The notes under the pieces: model-generated
Told to the model about the DNA's origin: nothing
The model's database searches: none
Seen by the model: the letters and a program-made list of their open reading frames with translations, nothing else
Translations under genes and position numbers: made by a program
Shown here: piece after piece, positions 57,832 to 64,000 of the stretch
Position numbering within the stretch: position 1 is the stretch's first letter
Layout: every line of letters begins with the position of its first letter
Source of the DNA: a plasmid
Reading direction: 5' to 3' (one strand)
Sequence record: NZ_CP064874.1
Length of the DNA: 64,000 nt

Positions 57832-57889
57832 CTTCGATTACAGCCCGATCACGGAGCGACCGACGATTTCGTGGCCGAATGGGGCCCGA

Positions 57890-58693
57890 GTGGCGTTCTA
57901 TGTCGGGCTGAACATCGAGCACTATCAGATCGACAAGCCCTCCACGAGCATCTTCGGCGGTACCGCGATGCTGCAGCCGGATCCACTCAATTACGGCTGG
58001 CGCGATTACGGTCCGCGGGTAGGCCTGTGGCGGATGATCGAGAGCCTCGACCGACATGGAGTGCCCGCAAGTGTGCTTCTCAACTCCGACGTTTGTCGGC
58101 ACTACCCCCAGATTCTCGAGGCAGGCCGGCAACGCGGCTGGGCGTGGCTCGCGCATGGCCGCGACAATTCCACCTTCCAAGCTGGAATGGGTGCTGACAC
58201 GGAGCGCGCCTACCTTCAAGACGTGACGGATACAATCGCCTCCGCCACCGGAGTACGGCCGCGGGGCTGGCTTGGCCCGGCGCTCACAGAGACGTTCGAG
58301 ACGCCGCGGATCCTTCGGGAGCTGGGGTATGACTACGTCCTGGACTGGACGAACGACGATCAGCCGTATCCGCTGAACGTCGACGGGATGTTCAGCGTTC
58401 CCTACACGATAGAACTCAACGATGTGACGATGTTCGTGAGTAAGAGCTATACCGGCCCGCAGTTCCTGGAAGCGGTGATCGACCAGTTCGATCAGCTCTA
58501 TTCAGACTCCGAGCACTCGGGTCGCGTCATGTCGCTGCCGTTGCACCCGTTCATCGTCGGCCAGCCGTTCCGCCACCGCTACCTTGATCGGGCCCTCGAG
58601 CACATCACGTCTCACGATGGTGTCTGGGTGACGACGAGCGATGCCATCGCGGCGCACTATCAGTCGACGGGGAACAGGAGAGCCGATTCGTGA
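57890..58693 (+). CDS. polysaccharide deacetylase-family protein (PuuE-like); native 5' end disrupted by IS3 copy 2
   Basis: The frame is open back into the IS end (...[27 protein letters not shown]), matching the PuuE N-terminus; the ORF-track start 57890 is GTG. Confidence 0.6.
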   Translation: MAFYVGLNIEHYQIDKPSTSIFGGTAMLQPDPLNYGWRDYGPRVGLWRMIESLDRHGVPASVLLNSDVCRHYPQILEAGRQRGWAWLAHGRDNSTFQAGMGADTERAYLQDVTDTIASATGVRPRGWLGPALTETFETPRILRELGYDYVLDWTNDDQPYPLNVDGMFSVPYTIELNDVTMFVSKSYTGPQFLEAVIDQFDQLYSDSEHSGRVMSLPLHPFIVGQPFRHRYLDRALEHITSHDGVWVTTSDAIAAHYQSTGNRRADS

Positions 58694-59355
58694 CGAATAC
58701 GGAGCTGATCGATGAGTACGCACGGCTGCGCGACGAGTTCAAGGCCAAGGGATTGGGCGGCCGGATCGGCTACGGCGAGAAGCCGGCGCTGCTGATCGTC
58801 GACTTGATCACCGGATTCACGGACAGCCGTTCGCCCCTGTCAGGCGAACTGGAGTCACAGCTGGCCGCCACCAATGCCTTACTCGTCCCCGCCCGTGAAC
58901 TCGAGATCCCCATCTTCTTCTCGACGGTCGCGTACGACACCGAATTGCAGGAGGCGGGGCTCTGGATCAAGAAGATCCCGTCCAACCACCTGTTGGTGGA
59001 GGGCAGCGAATGGGTGGAGGTCGACAGCAGGCTGGGCCAGCTGCCCCACGAGATGACCCTGGTGAAGAAGTACGCATCCTGCTTCTTCGGAACTGATCTC
59101 GCCGCACGCTTGATCTCACGGGGTGTCGACACCATCATCATCGTCGGCTGCACCACCAGTGGGTGCGTGCGCGCCTCGGCGGTTGACGCCTGCTCCTACG
59201 GCTTCCACACCATCGTCGTCGAAGAGGCAGTCGGCGACCGGGCAGCCCTTCCGCACCTGGCCAGCCTCTTTGACATCGACGCGAAGTACGGCGATGTCGT
59301 CAGCCTCGACGACGCACGTGCTTACCTGCGGGGGCTTGCGCAACAGAACGATTGA
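58690..59355 (+). CDS. isochorismatase-family cysteine hydrolase
   Basis: [11 protein letters not shown] ... [19 protein letters not shown] catalytic Cys motif; GTGA overlap with the upstream gene. Confidence 0.75.
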   Translation: MTNTELIDEYARLRDEFKAKGLGGRIGYGEKPALLIVDLITGFTDSRSPLSGELESQLAATNALLVPARELEIPIFFSTVAYDTELQEAGLWIKKIPSNHLLVEGSEWVEVDSRLGQLPHEMTLVKKYASCFFGTDLAARLISRGVDTIIIVGCTTSGCVRASAVDACSYGFHTIVVEEAVGDRAALPHLASLFDIDAKYGDVVSLDDARAYLRGLAQQND

Positions 59356-59406
59356 CTGCAGTAACGCCGTGGGGCCAACTTCCTCTGTGCGGAATATTGA
59401 ACCGGC

Positions 59407-59799
59407 GTGCAGGCCGAGATCCCGCAGATGCTGGCGCAGGGCGGCGGATCCATCATCAACACCGCCTCGTCCCTCGGGCAGGTCGCCATCGCCCACCAGT
59501 CCGCCTACGTCACGTCGAAGCACGGCGTCATCGGCCTCACCCGAGCCGCCGCGGTGGAGTACTCCGACAAAGGCATCCGCGTGAACGCAGTGCTGCCCGG
59601 GGTGATCCAGACGCCAATGATAGACGCGCTGGAGGAGACCTACCCCGGCTTCAAGGACGCGCTGCTGACGAAGCACCCGATCGGCCGACTCGGCACGCCG
59701 CACGACATCGCCGAGATGGTCGCGTGGCTCGGTTCCGACGCGGCCGCCTTCGCGACCGGCGCGCAGTTCGCCGTCGACGGCGGGTACCTCGCGATTTAG
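59407..59799 (+). pseudogene. SDR-family oxidoreductase C-terminal fragment (no NAD-binding N-terminus)
   Basis: GGSIINTASSLG...YVTSKHGVIGLTR (catalytic YxxxK) ... VNAVLPGVIQTPM; lacks the TGxxxGIG region. Confidence 0.55.
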
Positions 59800-59822
59800 A
59801 CGAGGTGGCCACGACGGACGGG

Positions 59823-59848
59823 AGGCACGGTGTCAGCTGACACCGTGC
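59823..59848. terminator. bidirectional terminator palindrome GGCACGGTGTCAGCTGACACCGTGCC
   Basis: Perfect 26-bp palindrome between two convergent SDR fragments. Confidence 0.5.
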
Positions 59849-59884
59849 CTCACGTCCGTCACCGGTCGCGCCGCGACCCGCGTG

Positions 59885-60187
59885 TCAGCCGTTCTTCGCG
59901 GCCAGTCGGTCCGTCTCGCTGTCGTTCCGCCACCCGGCGGTCGCGCCGCCGTCGACGCTGTAGTTCTGTCCGGTCACCCAAGAGGACTCGTCGGAGGCCA
60001 GGTAGAGCGGCATGTACGCGATGTCCTCGCCCGTGCCGGGGCGTTGAATGAGCGCGTTGCCGACCTGCCAGGCCTTGCCCTCCGCATCCACCGCCTTGTC
60101 CGTCGCCGGGGTGCTGACGAAGCCAGGCGAGATCGAGTTCGCGCGGACGCCGTAGCGGGCGCCCTCCGCAGCGAGCGACTTCGTCAT
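59885..60187 (-). pseudogene. second SDR-family C-terminal fragment
   Basis: MTKSLAAEGARYGVRANSISPGFVSTP...; N-terminal two thirds absent. Confidence 0.5.
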
Positions 60188-60195
60188 CGCGATGA

Positions 60196-60474
60196 CGCCG
60201 CCCTTCGCGGTGGTGTGCGCGACCTGGCGAGCGGCTCGATCCCGCGACCTTCGCGATCGACGGAAAGCAACTCGAGATCGATCTCGAGTTCGAGGCCTGG
60301 GCCAAGAGCGCGCGCCGCATCGGCGCAGCCACCCGGCGTCCGGCGAGGACGTCGCGGGGCGGACGGGCCGATCTCAACACGGTGCGTGAATGGGCCAGTC
60401 AGAACGGACACCAGGTCAGCGATCGCGGCAGGGTTCCCGCGTCCATCCTCGAGGCGTACGACGCGGCGCACTGA
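60196..60474 (+). pseudogene. lsr2: Lsr2-family nucleoid-associated protein lacking its start and first about 25 codons
   Basis: Frame without ATG: ...[19 protein letters not shown]...[30 protein letters not shown] stop; C-terminal Lsr2 DNA-binding motif RGRVPA. Confidence 0.55.
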
Positions 60475-60479
60475 CGCGG

Positions 60480-61538
60480 TCACTCCTGGGCTGAGCCGCG
60501 CGCTGCGCGCCAGTGCTCCGTGACGGGATAACCGGAGCGCACGTGCGCGCGCACGTGGACCTCCCCCGAAGGGGATCCGCTGCCGCCCGGCTCCGGCGGC
60601 GGAGGGTTCTGTGTCCAGCCTGAGCCAGGGACCCAGACCGTCCCCGGTTGCACGGGCGCGTCGGCGAGCGCGGGATCGATCAGCTGACGCGCGAGAGCCA
60701 CGGCCTCACCCAGATCGGTGATCCCGCCGGCTGAGGGCGTGCCGGCCGCGAGCACCCGGTAGGGACCGTCCCAACCGTCCGGGACCGTGAACGTAGTGAA
60801 CGAGTCGAGCTTTGACAGTGCACGCTTCGCGTCGATGGCCATCTGCAGCTCGCGCAGGTCGACGCGCTGCGTGCGTGCAATGGTGACGATGTCCACCAGG
60901 TCTTTCGCGCGGCTGCTGGGGCGGCCGTTGTAGGTGCTCATCGTCGCAGTGACCTTCTCCGCGACCTGATCGGAGATCGGGAACAGCCGGTAGGGGTGCG
61001 ACGGGACCGGCCGCCCCAGCTGCAGCCGCGTCGACGGCTCGATCGTCTCGACGCGGCCGACCGGGGGAGGGCCGACGACCACGTCGATGGGGATGTCGGA
61101 GATCCTCCGGCCGGTGTTCGCGTCCAGACATGTGAACACCAGGCGCCGGGTCGCGACACCCGGCTGGTTCTCTCCTCGCCCGGTCGCACGGGCACGGGTG
61201 AGCTGGAACCGCACATGGTCGCCGAGATCACGCGCGGCTGCCTGCTCGAGCGCCTGCTGCGCGGCATCCAGATCGGCGGCGCCGGTCGAGGCCAGATCCA
61301 GGTCTTTCGTCGACCGTGACTTCGGCACCCGGGCGAGCATCGCCGTGCCGCCCTTGAGCAGCCACTCGGACTCTTCCCCCTCCGCAAAGACCCGGCTGAG
61401 GAAACGATCGTGCTGTGCCTGCACGATCTGCGCATTCACATCCAGCGCGCTCGCGCCGTCACCGGCTGCCTTCGTCGCGGCCGCCTTGATCGCCTGCGCA
61501 AGCCCCGTCCAGTCTTTGTAGCCGTCGGGCTCAGGCAT
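60480..61538 (-). CDS. AbiEii/AbiGii-family nucleotidyltransferase toxin (type IV TA)
   Basis: ORF 60480..61598 trimmed to MPEPDGYKDW; nucleotidyltransferase fold signature LLKGGTAMLARV...DLDL. Confidence 0.6.
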   Translation of the reverse strand: MPEPDGYKDWTGLAQAIKAAATKAAGDGASALDVNAQIVQAQHDRFLSRVFAEGEESEWLLKGGTAMLARVPKSRSTKDLDLASTGAADLDAAQQALEQAAARDLGDHVRFQLTRARATGRGENQPGVATRRLVFTCLDANTGRRISDIPIDVVVGPPPVGRVETIEPSTRLQLGRPVPSHPYRLFPISDQVAEKVTATMSTYNGRPSSRAKDLVDIVTIARTQRVDLRELQMAIDAKRALSKLDSFTTFTVPDGWDGPYRVLAAGTPSAGGITDLGEAVALARQLIDPALADAPVQPGTVWVPGSGWTQNPPPPEPGGSGSPSGEVHVRAHVRSGYPVTEHWRAARGSAQE

Positions 61539-62190
61539 CGGCCGGCACCACCGCGTCGACGCCCGCAAGAGCGAGCAGATCAGCCGCGAGCGCGGCACCC
61601 GAGGGGTACTTGTTGGGCTTGGCCAGCGGCTCCAGATACTCGGTCAGGCGGGCGGGGGAGAGCAGCTTTCCCGCGTCCGCGGCGTCGGCGAGCGCATCGG
61701 CGACGAGGGAGCGGTCGACCCACTGCTCGATCAGGTCGGCGATCGTGCGCTCGACGCTCATGGTCGGCATCCCGTCGACGGAGACCACCTCGGTGGGCGC
61801 GAGCTCGCGGGTGCGGAGCCGCACCCCGTCCAGGCGGGTACCGCGGCGGGTGGGAACGACGAACTCGAGTGGCCCGGGGAACCAGTCGCCGATGCCATGC
61901 AGCTGCGCGGCCGTCTGGCCTGCGGCGACGACGGGCGGGACGCCGGTGTCTGTGCGGGGACGGTCGGCGCCGCCGAGGGCGAGCCAGGTCGCGAGGATCG
62001 CCTCCTGCTCGTGCTCTGGCGCGCCGGCGAGGCGGTAGACGCCGCGCGCGACGCGGATGAGCGCGCCGCTGTTGGCGAGGCGCGTCAGGGTCGGGCGCGC
62101 CACGCCAGCCTCGAGCGCCTGGGCGGTGGTCACCAGGCCCCAACGCTGTGACGCGAGCTCGCCCAGACGAGCGAAAGTTGATCCTGCCAT
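61531..62190 (-). CDS. AbiEi-family antitoxin/transcriptional regulator
   Basis: ORF 61531..62265 trimmed to MAGSTFARLGELAS; N-terminal wHTH LVTTAQALEAGVARPTLTRLANSGALIRVARGVYRL typical of AbiEi. Confidence 0.6.
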   Translation of the reverse strand: MAGSTFARLGELASQRWGLVTTAQALEAGVARPTLTRLANSGALIRVARGVYRLAGAPEHEQEAILATWLALGGADRPRTDTGVPPVVAAGQTAAQLHGIGDWFPGPLEFVVPTRRGTRLDGVRLRTRELAPTEVVSVDGMPTMSVERTIADLIEQWVDRSLVADALADAADAGKLLSPARLTEYLEPLAKPNKYPSGAALAADLLALAGVDAVVPADA

Positions 62191-62302
62191 GCGCACAGTG
62201 TAGCGAGAAACCGCAACAAACGTTGTAGCTCGTTCAGATTGTCGACTTCGAGCCTCTGGGGCCACCCCTTAGCAGTGAGGGGGTTCCAAACCCTCGGGAA
62301 CG

Positions 62303-62324
62303 GGTTATATTCGGGAATATAACC
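62303..62324. promoter_or_regulatory. perfect palindrome GGTTATATTC-GG-GAATATAACC between the abiE operon and the 62343 operon; candidate operator
   Basis: AT-rich 22-bp inverted repeat in a GC-rich genome, 19 bp upstream of ATG 62343. Confidence 0.45.
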
Positions 62325-62342
62325 ATCTGTGAGGAGGAGAAG

Positions 62343-63227
62343 ATGCGGACCCACACCTGCCCGCCGGACCACAAGCACGGGCTGACCTCCACCTGCTACG
62401 TCGTCCACCTCTGCGGGTGCCGCGCCTGCATGGACGGCAACGCGCGCCGCCGCCGCGACCGCTACCGTCTCCTGGCCTACGGGCGATACCAGGACGCGCA
62501 CCAACCCATCGAGCCGATCCGGCAGCACCTGCAGGCACTGGTCGACACCGGGATGATCCCCGAACGGATCGCCATCAGCGCCGGCGTCGGCGGCGCCACG
62601 GTCCGTCGCCTGCTCAACAGCGAGACGGCACGGTTCGTCACCGGCGCCACCGCCCGCAAACTCCTCGCAGTCACCCCCGACAGCAGCACTCTCGCCGCGC
62701 AGGGCCGAGTCAACGGCCGCGGCACCCGCCGGCGCCTCCAGGCTCTGGCCGCGATCGGATGGAACCACCACGAGATCGCACGCCGACTCGGCTACCCGCG
62801 CTGGAAGGTCAACAAGGCACTCGAAGGCGCCTACGTGGACATCCGTGTCCACGACGACATCGCCGCGCTCTACGACGAGCTCTGGGACCAGCAGCCCCCC
62901 ACCCACACCCGAGCGCAGCGGGTCGGCCGCTCCTACGCACTCACGGTCGCACGCCGGCACGGCTGGCTGCCGCCGCTGGCCTGGGACGACATCGACACCG
63001 ACCCGGCACCGCCCACAGCCGGGCAGGAACCCCTGCTCGACGAGATCGCGATCGAGCTCGCTCTCGCCGGCCAGAACGTCCGCCTCACCCGAGACGAGCG
63101 CCTCGAAGCCACCCGACGCGGGACCGAACGCGGACTCAGCCTCACCCAGCTCAGCGACCTGCTCGGCGTCGACGTCCGCACCATCGACCGCGACCGTGAC
63201 GACCTCGGACTCCGGCAGGCCGCCTGA
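62343..63227 (+). CDS. putative DNA-binding protein: N-terminal Cys/His motif (HKHGLTSTCYVVHLCGCRAC) plus three HTH-like repeats
   Basis: RBS GAGGAGGAG; HTH-like blocks RIAISAGVGGATVRRLL, HHEIARRLGYPRWKVNKAL, LSLTQLSDLLGVDVRTIDR. Confidence 0.5.
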   Translation: MRTHTCPPDHKHGLTSTCYVVHLCGCRACMDGNARRRRDRYRLLAYGRYQDAHQPIEPIRQHLQALVDTGMIPERIAISAGVGGATVRRLLNSETARFVTGATARKLLAVTPDSSTLAAQGRVNGRGTRRRLQALAAIGWNHHEIARRLGYPRWKVNKALEGAYVDIRVHDDIAALYDELWDQQPPTHTRAQRVGRSYALTVARRHGWLPPLAWDDIDTDPAPPTAGQEPLLDEIAIELALAGQNVRLTRDERLEATRRGTERGLSLTQLSDLLGVDVRTIDRDRDDLGLRQAA

Positions 63228-63478
63228 TGAGCAAGACGCTCGACATCCTCGAAGCCGCCCTGCACGGCACCACCGCCGGCTACCTGGCCGGATGCCGCAG
63301 CAAGGGAGGATGCCCGAACCACGGCAACCGCCAGCTGCTCACCTGCACCGAAGCGGCCCGCGCCCGCCGCCACTACTTCTCGCTCGCCTCGCTCGAGGAG
63401 ACCGAGCCGATCACCCGGCAGATGCTCCGCGACGCCAAGAACAGCCCCTTCGCACCGAAAGAAGCCGCAGATGTCTGA
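63227..63478 (+). CDS. small Cys/His-motif protein (paralogue of 4963..5208)
   Basis: LHGTTAGYLAGCRSKGGCPNHGNRQLLTC; ATGA coupling with the upstream gene. Confidence 0.5.
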   Translation: MSKTLDILEAALHGTTAGYLAGCRSKGGCPNHGNRQLLTCTEAARARRHYFSLASLEETEPITRQMLRDAKNSPFAPKEAADV

Positions 63479-63773
63479 CCAGCCGAACACCTTCACCATC
63501 GACTCCACCAAAGAGGGAGAGTGGCTGCGGGTCGTCCGCGCGCTCGGCGGCCATCGCTGGGCCCTGTCGCTGCGCTTCAACCCCCTCCCGCTGACTCAGC
63601 GAGGCGCCCGGCACACCCGGCCAACGCGGCAGCCCACACCCCACGCGGCAGCAGGCCACGGGCCGAACGCGAGACTGCACCTGCCCAGCTGCGCGATCTC
63701 CCCCCAGCTCGGCAACGGCCGCGGCGCCCACCTCAAGCAGATCCCCCACCTGGGCCGAACCGAGGAGCACTGA
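63471..63773 (+). CDS. hypothetical protein
   Basis: Start overlaps the upstream stop (ATGTCTGA); 100 aa. Confidence 0.35.
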   Translation: MSDQPNTFTIDSTKEGEWLRVVRALGGHRWALSLRFNPLPLTQRGARHTRPTRQPTPHAAAGHGPNARLHLPSCAISPQLGNGRGAHLKQIPHLGRTEEH

Positions 63774-64000
63774 TGACCGACATCGCCGTGCGCCTCCAGG
63801 AAGCCATGACCATCCAGACCGGCACACCCGTCACCGTCCGATGGAGCTTCCGCGAGTTCGCGCTCAACTGCACCCGCCGCGACGGCCGCCCCCTCACCCA
63901 ACGGATGCACAGGCTCTTCCAGACGCTGCTCAACCGTGAAGCGCTCCGCGAGCTCACTCCAGGAGAAGACCCAACGATGGGATCCCGCGCAACCCTCATC
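63773..64000 (+). CDS. hypothetical protein, partial (runs off the window end)
   Basis: ATG at 63773 overlapping the upstream stop; open to the window end. Confidence 0.35.
   Translation, partial: MTDIAVRLQEAMTIQTGTPVTVRWSFREFALNCTRRDGRPLTQRMHRLFQTLLNREALRELTPGEDPTMGSRATLI

Overview
High-GC actinobacterial window (GC3 about 85-90%, with a few lower-GC islets) that is almost entirely accessory and mobile DNA. Main parts: (i) a tyrosine integrase (412-1824) lying back-to-back with a DNA N6-adenine methyltransferase ORF that appears to be 5'-truncated; (ii) an ~12-kb module (about 4.3-16.4 kb) whose genes are all on the minus strand and which carries two repeated regulatory motifs: a 19-bp palindromic operator fused to sigma-70-like promoters (5 full copies plus one half-site) and a second motif TGTCCGCGAAC-N16-TATACC (4 copies). 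This module encodes an ArdC-like antirestriction protein, a secreted DUF1524/HNH-like nuclease, a DUF3846 protein, an SSB-like protein and many unknown proteins, several of which share an unassigned Cys/His motif; (iii) a mosaic of insertion sequences: IS256, two identical IS3-family copies that bracket about 35 kb, two ISL3 copies, two IS5/IS427-group copies (one with a passenger ORF inside its inverted repeats), an IS481-family element, and IstB and IS256-end remnants; (iv) cargo and remnants between the IS copies: a MobF relaxase/helicase with a candidate oriT hairpin plus an orphan relaxase N-terminal fragment, TA systems (ParE-like, HicAB, AbiE), a TetR regulator fused onto a degraded Wadjet (JetB/JetC) remnant, an ABC-F ATPase plus MFS pair, an integrase/XRE/tandem-zinc-ribbon recombinase-like trio, several hydrolases and phosphatases, and many 5'-truncated gene fragments. 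No rRNA, tRNA or CRISPR array was recognised. All calls rest on reading the ORF translations and the nucleotide sequence by eye; no database search or computation was run.
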